From: an uncultured delta proteobacterium
Lineage (GTDB): Bacteria > Bdellovibrionota > FAC87 > UBA2466
Length of the DNA stretch: 64,000 bases
Reading direction: 5' to 3'
NCBI GenBank assembly: GCA_963778115.1
Contig: CAVZSV010000004.1
Location: 2,336,001 to 2,400,000, forward strand
Below the pieces are notes generated by a model. The model was not told the DNA's origin, did no database searches, and saw only the letters and a program-made list of their open reading frames with translations. The first letter of the stretch is position 1; each line of letters starts with the position of its first letter. Below, piece by piece: positions 30,003 through 38,852 of the stretch. The position numbers were made by a program, and so were the translations under genes.

Positions 30003-30392
30003 CTAGATCTTGCGGGGTCTGGCTATCGACATCGAAGCGAATAAGATAGTTGCGAGTGACAGAACGAGTACCGTTAGGACGTACAGGAAGGCTCTCCAGG
30101 AGTGAAAGCAAGAAAAAGGGGATCTGGCGTTCCAAAGAACGGCCATCGAAAGCAGTGCTATCCAAAGTCCCCAAGCGATATCCATCCAGCGCACGAGTTC
30201 ACTTCTCCACAATCCCAAAAGCGATAGAGAGAGGGGAATCGCAAAAAGTCCGACACACCGCACCCAAGTGTCGGCGGCCCATCCCCGTTCCGCGACGGAA
30301 ATAAACGGAAGATACATAGTAGGCGCCAGACTTAGCCCAACACCCGCCACGACGATACCGAGAAGACTCAAGAAAAGTCTCATTCCTCTCAT
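30003..30392 (-). CDS. Hypothetical four-TM membrane protein
   Basis: Four hydrophobic segments in 129 aa; GAGG upstream. Confidence 0.65.
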   Translation of the reverse strand: MRGMRLFLSLLGIVVAGVGLSLAPTMYLPFISVAERGWAADTWVRCVGLFAIPLSLSLLGLWRSELVRWMDIAWGLWIALLSMAVLWNARSPFSCFHSWRAFLYVLTVLVLSLATILFASMSIARPRKI

Positions 30393-30507
30393 GGTAACAT
30401 GACTTCACCTCGCATTAACATCTGTCGCCAATAAATGGAGGTGGCCCCTATACGTCCGGACCGGCTTGGTAGACTAGTTAGAGTGGGAAGATGAATAAGG
30501 GGGAACC

Positions 30508-31308
30508 ATGAAACGGATTGGCTTACTACTTTTGGGTGTCGCGGCATCCGCATTTGCAGCGCCCGACTATACGCTCCTTCAAAATTTTATAGGTGCGAAA
30601 GCCCTTCTCAAATGGGATGGAGCCTATAAAGAAGGCGTGGTGACGGTAGTGGCATCCGATTCTGGGGTCGGGTTTTCGACGGCCCCTTTGGACCTGGGTT
30701 CAAACCCGGTGCCAGCCTATTCGGAGATAACGAACTCCTCCATTACCACGTTATCGGCTTCGGGAACTACGGTAACGCAGACGGCACAAATTGGCGTCGA
30801 TGCGATCACGATTACGTATGTAATGAATGACGGCTACTACACCATCGAGGTTCAAGACTGTACTTCCGCGACTTGTAAACAGACTGAAGTGATTGCGACG
30901 ACGGGCAAAGCTCCAGGTGACGTGGTGACTCCGACACCTTTCTTGCAATCGCTCGCCGGCAGCTATGTCATGGACCTCGTCGCTGGAGCTCCGCCAGAAA
31001 CAAGTGATGCCAAAGGCGAAGTGGATACGACCAATACGCCTACTGAGGCCTCCTTATATTTCCCGTATTGCACTCCTAGCGGTTGTGATTTGGGTTATAT
31101 AGGCCTTCAGTATACTTCGACCCAGATCTTTCACGAAAATCTAGGCACCGGGCATGACATGTACACTATCTTCAAGTACTCCTCGACCAATCAGCTTTTG
31201 TATTACAATTGGGAAGTGAATAACGGAAGTATCACTTTTCGAAATCCCCAATACTCGCTTAGTGGAAAGACGGTTTGTTTAGAACACGTCATGCACAAAG
31301 GTTCTTAA
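30508..31308 (+). CDS. Hypothetical secreted beta-rich protein
   Basis: AAGGGGG RBS, signal peptide MKRIGLLLLGVAASAFA, Thr/Tyr-rich, two CxxxxC loops. Confidence 0.8.
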   Translation: MKRIGLLLLGVAASAFAAPDYTLLQNFIGAKALLKWDGAYKEGVVTVVASDSGVGFSTAPLDLGSNPVPAYSEITNSSITTLSASGTTVTQTAQIGVDAITITYVMNDGYYTIEVQDCTSATCKQTEVIATTGKAPGDVVTPTPFLQSLAGSYVMDLVAGAPPETSDAKGEVDTTNTPTEASLYFPYCTPSGCDLGYIGLQYTSTQIFHENLGTGHDMYTIFKYSSTNQLLYYNWEVNNGSITFRNPQYSLSGKTVCLEHVMHKGS

Positions 31309-32834
31309 GCGTACATCTTATTGCTGAATTCTGAGATAGGCGCGCCCTTGACTCGGACGCTAATGCACTCGGTTTCGAGTGTTGGAGTCAAAACACCATC
31401 TTTACCGATGACGACATTTTGATTTTGCTTTCCTGAAAACCGTCGTAATGCCACTACCGAGCCTTCGGTTAGCGGCGAATTCCATTTCACGTGTTTGCCG
31501 GTCTTATCGAAAATGGCTAGGTACCACTGTTTTTTTTCACGGTGCATGTAGATGTACTGGGCCCCCGCGTTCCTAACTCCGGTTCTTTCCGTGTTGTCTT
31601 CCACCGCAAAAGCCTGTTCATCTATCAACTGACGCTGAATCCGGCGCATTAGCGCGCCCCTTTGCCTCTCTCGTTTTCGATCGTAAACAAATTTGGCGGC
31701 GAGTGCTACGAGAAGTATTCCTGAAATGATGAATAGGATTTGGATTAACCGGGCGAAAGAGCGGTTCTGTTTTCGAAGGTCTGAAATTTGATTTCCCATC
31801 GTTTTGATATGATCGAACACCAAGCTAGAGGACATGGCCTGCCCCTTATTCCCAGTAACGGCCATCTCTTTGGTTGTGGGATAAAGCAATTCGCGCCCGA
31901 ACTTGCTGGAAAGCAAGTGGTTGTCTGTTTGTCTTAGCGAAGAGGGATCGGTCAATTGCGCCAGAAGATCGGAGAGTTTTGGTTTGGGTTTTTGTGTTGC
32001 TTCGGTATTCCCTTTCTGGGTTTGGTCTGTGGAGTCGGAATTTAGCTCAGGTAATTTAGCGGTCACAGGGGTTCGCGGGATGAATTGGCCAGTGGGAGCT
32101 TCCGCAAACTGCGCGGGGTCGACATGGGCTAGCTGACTCGCTGAAGAATTTAGGATTCTGCCACTCGCTACGGTTTGAGAGGGGGCACCGCTGGCATTGG
32201 ATGCGGATTCTAAACTTGACTTGATGGCATCGGGAACCCGACGACTTGCGACGGGAGTGGAATCTTCCATAAGAGTGGAACGATCCGCGAAACCAGGGGC
32301 GGGTTGCGTCGGTAAGGTGACGTCTTGACTCTCCGTTTTCGCGTTACCATCCAAAGGAGTATGCGGAGTGAGTGCCCGTTTGGTGGCTTCGGCTAATTGG
32401 TTTTGAACTTGGGCGTAATCGCTGACATCATAATTTCCGCTTCTTGCCGCTTGGTCGATCGCATTTTGAATTCTGCCTAATTCGTCGACCCTCTGTTGGG
32501 CGGCATTAATGGCGTCCACGTTAGCGTGGTTATCGAACATTTTTTGCATCGCCTGCCCAGCCAATTCGATAGCGAGAAAAGCAGCTATTCCGGAGGCGCT
32601 ACCTCCGCCAGAGGAAGCTTGAGCGGAACTTCCACCGTCGGTAGCGGCGACAGCTTGAGTCTGGCTACTGTCCGCGGCTGAGGCCGGGGAACTGGTATCT
32701 TGTGTCGTCGCGGACGAAACCGCTGATTCCGAAGAATCGACGATCCCTTCAGCGTAGGCCACATCGGTAAACGAGAGAAAAAGGGTGGTTGAAACGACAA
32801 ATCCAAGAAAGCTGGCAAGTAAAGCACGCGTCAT
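31305..32834 (-). CDS. Hypothetical membrane-anchored protein with low-complexity extracytoplasmic region
   Basis: Signal peptide ending AYA, Ser/Ala/Thr-rich linker, C-proximal TM (LIQILFIISGILLVALAA) followed by a basic stop-transfer. Confidence 0.75.
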   Translation of the reverse strand: MTRALLASFLGFVVSTTLFLSFTDVAYAEGIVDSSESAVSSATTQDTSSPASAADSSQTQAVAATDGGSSAQASSGGGSASGIAAFLAIELAGQAMQKMFDNHANVDAINAAQQRVDELGRIQNAIDQAARSGNYDVSDYAQVQNQLAEATKRALTPHTPLDGNAKTESQDVTLPTQPAPGFADRSTLMEDSTPVASRRVPDAIKSSLESASNASGAPSQTVASGRILNSSASQLAHVDPAQFAEAPTGQFIPRTPVTAKLPELNSDSTDQTQKGNTEATQKPKPKLSDLLAQLTDPSSLRQTDNHLLSSKFGRELLYPTTKEMAVTGNKGQAMSSSLVFDHIKTMGNQISDLRKQNRSFARLIQILFIISGILLVALAAKFVYDRKRERQRGALMRRIQRQLIDEQAFAVEDNTERTGVRNAGAQYIYMHREKKQWYLAIFDKTGKHVKWNSPLTEGSVVALRRFSGKQNQNVVIGKDGVLTPTLETECISVRVKGAPISEFSNKMYA

Positions 32835-32848
32835 GGGCACTAGCAGTA

Positions 32849-32864
32849 TGCACTTCCTTTGCCA
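32849..32864 (-). promoter_or_regulatory. Putative sigma54 promoter
   Basis: Minus strand TGGCAAAGGAAGTGCA with canonical GG/GC spacing, AT-rich tract upstream. Confidence 0.45.
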
Positions 32865-33000
32865 GTAGAGCGCTCAAAAATAGGCTATAAATTTTATATA
32901 GTTATGATGGCACCTCCCCTACGGCGTGTATTCTTTTTGTATAGGGTTTGGGCGGGTGTGAAGGGGACATGCAGCGATGAGGCCCCACCTTGGCCCCTTG

Positions 33001-33855
33001 CTATAAGGTTCTTAAACTTCTCAAAATTTTAAGGTCTTTCCTATGTAACTCGTCATCCTCGCCCGGGTACGTTTCAATGCACATCGGGACTTTTTTGAAT
33101 CGGGGATCGTTGACCAAAGGTCTAAAACTGTCTTTGCCCAAAAAGCCTTTCCCAATATTCTCGTGGCGATCGACATGGCAGTTGAACTCTTTAAGAGAGT
33201 CGTTCAAATGGAAAGCGGCCATGCGTTTGAGCGATAGCAGGGAGTCAAATTTTCCCATCGTGCTTTCGTAGCCTTCTTGGGTACGCAAATCGTATCCGGC
33301 GGCAAAAGCATGCTGAGTATCGAAACAAAAGAAAATCCGATCGGGGGCGCCCGTTCCTTCGACAATATCACGCAGCTGTTCGAATTCGTGGCCGATGCAG
33401 CCCCCTTGACCGGCCGTATTTTCTAAAATGATTTTTGATTTAAATCCCGAACATGCTCTCAATACCTCTTTGAGCGAAAGACTTGTCGCTTTGACTCCGG
33501 CTTCTACGCCCGCCCCTAAGTGACTTCCCGGGTGCGTGACCAGCCCTTCGATACCTAAGGATTCACACCTCTCCATCGTCTCCACAAAATAGGCGACCGA
33601 TCTCTTTCGAACCTGGGGATTTGTCGTCGAAAGGTTCAGAAGATAGGAATTGTGCGCGATAACACTCTTAACGTATTTTGCCTTTGAAAACGCCTCGCGA
33701 AAGCGGACACGCTCTTGTTCTTCGAGCGGGGGAATTTTCCAAGTGCGGCCTGATTGCACAAAAATCTGAATGGCTTCGCACTTCATTTTCTCTCCGCGAT
33801 CCACGGAGAGAGAGATTCCTCCTGCAATAGACATGTGAGCGCCTAGAAGTGCCAT
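33001..33855 (-). CDS. nfo: Endonuclease IV
   Basis: LGAHMSIAGG, HNSYLLNL, HPGSH, LENTAGQG, CFDTQHAFAAGYD, HLNDS, DRHENIG. Confidence 0.97.
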   Translation of the reverse strand: MALLGAHMSIAGGISLSVDRGEKMKCEAIQIFVQSGRTWKIPPLEEQERVRFREAFSKAKYVKSVIAHNSYLLNLSTTNPQVRKRSVAYFVETMERCESLGIEGLVTHPGSHLGAGVEAGVKATSLSLKEVLRACSGFKSKIILENTAGQGGCIGHEFEQLRDIVEGTGAPDRIFFCFDTQHAFAAGYDLRTQEGYESTMGKFDSLLSLKRMAAFHLNDSLKEFNCHVDRHENIGKGFLGKDSFRPLVNDPRFKKVPMCIETYPGEDDELHRKDLKILRSLRTL

Positions 33856-33859
33856 GGGG

Positions 33860-34327
33860 TTACCAACGGTGATACGCCGGATGGCCGGGCTTCACGGCGA
33901 CAAAAGTTCCTCGGCAAGTCGCAGTCACTTTGCCGCGATAGCTGAGAGTTCCTTCGATGGTGGCGCGATCGGCTTTAGATTCGGTGACCCGTGCCGAGAG
34001 ATGCAAGGTCTCGTCAGTAGGGGTCGGCGCTAGAAGCTTTATGGAGTATTCGGCCGTCACCGTGCAGGGAGGGTGATCGGCTTTTGCCGTTTGCATCAGA
34101 TGCCACGCACTTGTCCAATTGCAGTGGCAATCGAGGAGACTGCCGATAATTCCACCATTTAAGATCCCGGGAAAAGCTTCGTGATGGGGTTCAGGCTTCC
34201 AGTCGGCAACCACTTCGCCGTCTTTAGCAAAACTGCGGACGTGCAAACCTTTAGGGTTCGAAGGGCCACAGCCAAAACAGGTGCTGTGAGCTGCATAAGT
34301 TTCTTGAAGACACAAAGCCTGCGACAT
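33860..34327 (-). CDS. PaaI family (hotdog) thioesterase
   Basis: CFGCGPSNPKGL, HEAFPGILNGGIIGSLLDCH, VTAEYSIKLLAPTP; ATG 34327 after GGAG. Confidence 0.9.
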   Translation of the reverse strand: MSQALCLQETYAAHSTCFGCGPSNPKGLHVRSFAKDGEVVADWKPEPHHEAFPGILNGGIIGSLLDCHCNWTSAWHLMQTAKADHPPCTVTAEYSIKLLAPTPTDETLHLSARVTESKADRATIEGTLSYRGKVTATCRGTFVAVKPGHPAYHRW

Positions 34328-34349
34328 AAGCGGCTCCCAAGTTATGTCA

Positions 34350-35096
34350 CTAGTGGGAGACAGGCAACGACTTAACCTTAACCCCTGCAATAGCGAGTTG
34401 TTGGTGGGGATGGCCGATGAGGCGGGTAACCGGCGAATCCACAGCGTGAAGCAAGCGTAAGGGAAGGACGAGTCCCAAGGCAACTTTTGAATTCTCTTGA
34501 TGGAAAATTCGGGTCGCGTTGTACACCGTTTGACTGATGAGTCCGCTGAGGTATTCCTGCTCCAAAATCTGAAGGCCGGCTTGTTGGAAACTAAGCGCCA
34601 GCGCTTCGGGAGTAAATCCGCGCTGCTCTTCTTTCGGCTTTTCTCTATGGTGATCTCGGTATTCGGCCGTCAATAGCAAGCGCCCTTCGGGTTTTAAAAG
34701 ATCGGTAAGTCGACTGATCCACTGTGAGTTGGCCTCCAAATAGGAGGTGGCATGCAAGCAGAGGATGGTATCAAAGCGCTCAAATCCCTTTTTTTTGGAT
34801 AACTCTAGCAATGTTGCGGCGTCGGAGCGAAAAAACTGAGCGCCTCGGATGCGTTGGGAACGGGCGGAGGATTCGGCATTTCGGATATTTGCCGCATCGG
34901 GATCAATTCCAAAAACTTCGTTGCCCAGGGCTGCCGCAAAAAGAGAAAAGCCTCCCGTTCCGCAATTGACGTCGAGGGTACGCAGCGGACCCGGACGTAA
35001 ATGTTTCCGGAGCCAACGCCACTCGTCGTAAAGCAGCGGGTCAGACTGTAGGCTAGTCTCTTTCCATCCCAAAAACTTAGTTAGGGTTGGGTGCAT
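34350..35096 (-). CDS. Class I SAM-dependent methyltransferase
   Basis: TLDVNCGTG motif I (Asn for Gly), VFGID, FDTIL, LLKPEGRLLL. Confidence 0.82.
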   Translation of the reverse strand: MHPTLTKFLGWKETSLQSDPLLYDEWRWLRKHLRPGPLRTLDVNCGTGGFSLFAAALGNEVFGIDPDAANIRNAESSARSQRIRGAQFFRSDAATLLELSKKKGFERFDTILCLHATSYLEANSQWISRLTDLLKPEGRLLLTAEYRDHHREKPKEEQRGFTPEALALSFQQAGLQILEQEYLSGLISQTVYNATRIFHQENSKVALGLVLPLRLLHAVDSPVTRLIGHPHQQLAIAGVKVKSLPVSH

Positions 35097-35196
35097 AATT
35101 TGTGTCGAAAACAAAAGAATATCACAGAGTATAGAAGGTGTCGAAACTGCCTCTTTTCAAATAAACCCGGCTATGCAAGTGTAGCTTTCTTCTTGC

Positions 35197-35270
35197 GGGC
35201 GGTTAGCTCAGCTGGATAGAGCACATGGCTTCGAACCATGGGGTCAGGGGTTCGAATCCCTTACCGCCCA
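35197..35270 (+). tRNA. tRNA-Arg(UCG), CCA not encoded
   Basis: GGGCGGT/ACCGCCC acceptor stem, D arm AGCTCAGCTGGATAGAGC, anticodon arm CATGG-CTTCGAA-CCATG, T arm GGTTCGAATCC. Confidence 0.96.
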
Positions 35271-35297
35271 ATTCCTTTCGCCGAAGGCGAAAGGAAT
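35271..35297. terminator. Perfect 12-bp hairpin directly after tRNA-Arg
   Basis: ATTCCTTTCGCC-GAA-GGCGAAAGGAAT between convergent genes; no long U tract. Confidence 0.5.
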
Positions 35298-35351
35298 GCT
35301 TAATGATTAATCTCAAGATTAATCTCAACCTAAATCCAAAGTGAATTTGAT

Positions 35352-36141
35352 TCATCCCTCTTCCCCCACCATCAAAGGAAACAGCACCTTTGTGGCGTTC
35401 GACGGGGTTATTAACATCATCTTCTTTCTCGTCCCTTCGAAGCATAGAGGTTCAGTCGATAGAGACTGACCCACAACGGGCGTGCCTACGTCGGCTCCCC
35501 CTTCTAGGGCGGGTCTTGCGAATTCGCTGAGGGTGGAAATATATCTCAGGCTCCGCTCCTGGAGAGCTTCAAAAAAATCTCTTTCCCCCTGCTTCGTAAA
35601 TTGAAGTGTTACCGCTTCGCCGTTTACAAAATCTTCCCACGTCCCTACACGGAATTGCGCGTCGATCTCTTTAGTAATTGAGACCATTCTCGCGTTTTCC
35701 GAGATATCGTCTGTCACAAACTCCCAATGAAGTCTCACGGAAACACTGGGGCCATCATGCCAAAAAACATAATCCTCGCGCCCCGGCGCGTTCTTTGCCC
35801 GGAATGGGCTCTTGGTTGAGGAGTTGGGCTCCTTGTTGCAAGATGGTCTCGGTTTCCGTTCTGCCATGCCCGTTGAGCGCAAGCTCCATTAGGTTCAAGG
35901 CGGGTTGTCTTACGGCTACCGCAAAAGATCGCTGTCCTAGCTGTGAAGAGACCGACATGGCGATCGCATCAGAGGAGAGCGTTTGTAGATATAGAGGATC
36001 GCCCGCCTCTCTTAGCTTTTGCACACAAACGCCATAAGAAACTTGGAACACAAGTCCCGGCACCGCCTGTGCGGAGGAAACGGCGAGTCCTAAGATAAGA
36101 CAGAAATAAAGGCTAACGGCTAAATTTTTCAAGGGCGCCAA
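35352..36141 (-). CDS. Hypothetical secreted protein, apparently split by a one-base frameshift near 35780-35800
   Basis: ORF 36141-35755 has a signal peptide (ending AQA); overlapping ORF 35882-35352 continues in the +1 frame; joined product about 262 aa. Confidence 0.55.
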
Positions 36142-36278
36142 GCTAACATTTTTTGAGATTTAGCTCAATGCAACATTTGCCCAGCCGCTAGTTACTTTTT
36201 GACTCCGCTCTTGCTCGCTTTGATACAATCGGTATGTAGAAAATTCCGAGCCGATCCGCTTCATTGGCCTTAAATCGA

Positions 36279-36294
36279 TGGCATCACAATTGCT
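36279..36294 (+). promoter_or_regulatory. Putative sigma54 promoter of the HTTM three-gene unit
   Basis: TGGCATCACAATTGCT, near-consensus with canonical spacing; AGGAG at 36313, ATG at 36325. Confidence 0.7.
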
Positions 36295-36324
36295 CTTCTG
36301 CAGGGTAACGACAGGAGACGTTCA

Positions 36325-36729
36325 ATGAAAAACCTACTGCTATTGGTTCCCTCTTTCATGGTAATCGCGGCCCTTTGGCTGGTGCCAAAACCTCAGGCGA
36401 CTTATTCCATTGATAGCTTGAGTCTAACGAGCGAGGACAAAGCATTCACTAAACCTCTCTATGCCGAGGGATCTTTTATAGGACAAGATGGAAATGCCTA
36501 CTACAGTCTAGGGGAGAATAACTATCAGAGCTCAGATGGCGATGTGTATTATGGGTACGGGCAAAATACGTATGTCGGATCGGACGGGGACACCACCTAC
36601 AACGGGCTTGGGGGCGTCGGAGGTGTCGGGGGACAGAGTGGACATAATTTTCCTCTCTCGTCCCTTCAGCGCGCTTTCAAGGGGAGTGAGCGCTTTCCGC
36701 AACCCCGGCTAGCCCTGGCGTTGCGCTAA
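36325..36729 (+). CDS. Small exported repeat protein, candidate substrate/precursor of the HTTM enzyme
   Basis: Signal/anchor MKNLLLLVPSFMVIAALWLV; three 16-aa repeats with DG at aa 55, 71, 87; GGVGGVGG linker; TAATG overlap with the next gene. Confidence 0.75.
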   Translation: MKNLLLLVPSFMVIAALWLVPKPQATYSIDSLSLTSEDKAFTKPLYAEGSFIGQDGNAYYSLGENNYQSSDGDVYYGYGQNTYVGSDGDTTYNGLGGVGGVGGQSGHNFPLSSLQRAFKGSERFPQPRLALALR

Positions 36730-37217
36730 TGAATCTCCGTTTCCGTGTTTGGATGGCACTTGGTCTAATTCATCTCCTTCTTTCCGCTGTAGGCTCCTTT
36801 TGGGGCGAGCATTTTTCGATTCCGCTAAGTATTTACGGTTACTATACCGGTAGCGTCAGCAAACTCTCGTTCTTCGCGCCAGGAGTCGGCAGCCAACTTC
36901 GCGTTCGCTATCACGGAATAGACCCTAATGGCGTTGTTTCCGAGGGAAACCTTATTACGGGACGCGGAGAAACGGATCTTCGTATCGAAAAGATTATCGC
37001 AATGTTCTGGCGCAATAACCCTGCCGATGAATTACGCCGTTCTCTAGCCGCGTCGTGGGCCGGGAAAATCTTGGCAAAAAACCCGAAACTTCTCGCTGTG
37101 AGTATCTCTATAGACAGTTTCGATCTTCCTTCGATGTCACGATTTCGCAGTGGCCAAGAGGCTAAATGGATTCCTTATTATTTTGCCACTTTTAGGAAGC
37201 CGGAGGAGTCTGAATGA
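36729..37217 (+). CDS. HTTM-associated accessory protein (SdpA-like by context)
   Basis: N-terminal TM with IHLLL, then SFFAPG motif and C-terminal LP...W..Y; coupled (ATGA) to the HTTM gene. Confidence 0.65.
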   Translation: MNLRFRVWMALGLIHLLLSAVGSFWGEHFSIPLSIYGYYTGSVSKLSFFAPGVGSQLRVRYHGIDPNGVVSEGNLITGRGETDLRIEKIIAMFWRNNPADELRRSLAASWAGKILAKNPKLLAVSISIDSFDLPSMSRFRSGQEAKWIPYYFATFRKPEESE

Positions 37218-38137
37218 ATGGCGCATTACCCGGGGCGGTAGCGTCTCCACTTCGCAACCGATTCGCTCATGGGATCAATCGGGTGGAGTCTTTTTTTTCC
37301 GATCCTGCTTCAGCGCTCCCTCTAGCCGTTCTTCGAATTTTGGCGAGTTTAGTTCTTATTATCCAGGCTCTTTTATTGAGTCCCGACCTCTTCGAACTCT
37401 ATGGAAACCAAGGTTTGCTACAGGGACCTTTAAATAATTATCTCATTCCGGTCCTATCCCCCTGTGTTTTGTGGTTTCAGACGCTGCTAGCTCCCGCCGG
37501 GATTTCCCCAAACCAGACGGTGGCGGCTCTTTTCGTTTTTTACGTGGGGGCTTTGGGAACTCTGCTCATCGGATATCGCACAAGACTATCGGCGATCTTG
37601 GTTTGGTTTTTTCATTTTACCCTTATTTACAGTACAGGAAGTCTTTCTGCCTATGGGGTTGATAGCTTCGCGCATATCTTTCTTTTTTATTTCATGTTCA
37701 TGCCGGTGGGAGAGTCTCTATCCTTTGATGTTTTAAAGAAGGCCTCTTTGACGCGGTCTTCGTATCATCGGTTGGCACTTCGTCTTCTTCAATTCCATCT
37801 TTGCCTTGCTTATTTTGTGGCTGGAGCGGCAAAAGCATTAGGGCCGCAATGGAGGGACGGGGAGGCGATCTGGCGCGCCATGATGATGCCCGATTTTGCT
37901 CATGCGAACCTAAGCTGGCTAGCCGGGTTCCCTTGGCTAGCAAAAATGATCGCGTGGGGAACCGTCTTTTTCGAAACGACCTACCCGGTATTCGTTTGGC
38001 CCCGCAAAACTAGGGCGATTTGGATTACCGTCATAATTATGATGCATCTCGGTATTAGCGTCGTGATGGGCCTTAAGACTTTCGGGGCGCTTATGATTTG
38101 CCTGAATCTGGCACTTTTCGCTATTCCCGCGGAATAA
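37214..38137 (+). CDS. HTTM-domain membrane protein (vitamin-K-dependent carboxylase/SdpB-like)
   Basis: PLAVLRI, LLIGYRTR, YGVD, LSFD, LRLLQFHLCLAYFVAGAAK...WRDGEA, FFE..P, MHLGI..MGL..FG motifs. Confidence 0.88.
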   Translation: MNGALPGAVASPLRNRFAHGINRVESFFSDPASALPLAVLRILASLVLIIQALLLSPDLFELYGNQGLLQGPLNNYLIPVLSPCVLWFQTLLAPAGISPNQTVAALFVFYVGALGTLLIGYRTRLSAILVWFFHFTLIYSTGSLSAYGVDSFAHIFLFYFMFMPVGESLSFDVLKKASLTRSSYHRLALRLLQFHLCLAYFVAGAAKALGPQWRDGEAIWRAMMMPDFAHANLSWLAGFPWLAKMIAWGTVFFETTYPVFVWPRKTRAIWITVIIMMHLGISVVMGLKTFGALMICLNLALFAIPAE

Positions 38138-38208
38138 AGCCAATGCCGTGACAAACAAGAAGGCGAAGCGCTGGCCAAGGGGCTTTTTTCTCGTTATAAG
38201 AACCTCAA

Positions 38209-38841
38209 ATGCCTTCGGTACTTCTCTATGTCGTTGTTCCGATCGCGGGATACCTGATCGGTAGCTTCCCGACCGGAGTTGTCTTAACTCGAAGAAAATA
38301 TGGAATCGATGTCCGCGAAATGGGAAGTGGCAATATAGGTGCCACGAATGTTACCCGAGTATTCGGGTGGTACGCGGGAGTTTGGGTATTGGTGGTCGAC
38401 TTTCTTAAGGGGTACGTTCCGGTCTGGGCGGTACACAAGTATTATGCGGGAAGCTATTGGCTCTGCTTTCTCGCAGCGATGTCATTAGTCTTGGGACACT
38501 GTTTTAGCCTGTTTCTCAAATTTCGTGGGGGAAAAGGGGTCGCCACGAGTTTGGGAGTTATCGTGGTGCTATTGCCCTGGGCGGCGGCAGTGGGGACAGC
38601 AGTCTACGCCGTGGTATTAGCGATTAGTCGAATTAGCGCTTTAGGATCTCTGGCGGGAATTACGGCGACTTGGATCTATCTTCTGATAGACGAGCCTCCC
38701 CGCCCCATTTCATTATTAATCATCGGCATCAGTGCAGTAGTAATCTTCCGCCATCGTTCTAACATTGAAAGACTGTGGCATGATATGAAAGAGCGGAAGA
38801 AGAAATCGAAGCGGCCATCAACCTCAGCGTCCAAACCGTAA
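38209..38841 (+). CDS. plsY: Glycerol-3-phosphate acyltransferase
   Basis: YLIGSFP, GSGNIGATNVTR, DFLKG, GHCFS..FRGGKGVAT, RHRSNIERL. Confidence 0.96.
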   Translation: MPSVLLYVVVPIAGYLIGSFPTGVVLTRRKYGIDVREMGSGNIGATNVTRVFGWYAGVWVLVVDFLKGYVPVWAVHKYYAGSYWLCFLAAMSLVLGHCFSLFLKFRGGKGVATSLGVIVVLLPWAAAVGTAVYAVVLAISRISALGSLAGITATWIYLLIDEPPRPISLLIIGISAVVIFRHRSNIERLWHDMKERKKKSKRPSTSASKP

Positions 38842-38852
38842 AGGAAACCTCG

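Noticed and set aside
35203..35445. 80-aa minus-strand ORF
   Set aside because: Antisense to tRNA-Arg
35197..38137. Genomic island integrated at tRNA-Arg
   Set aside because: No integrase, no duplicated tRNA 3' end seen, no obvious compositional shift
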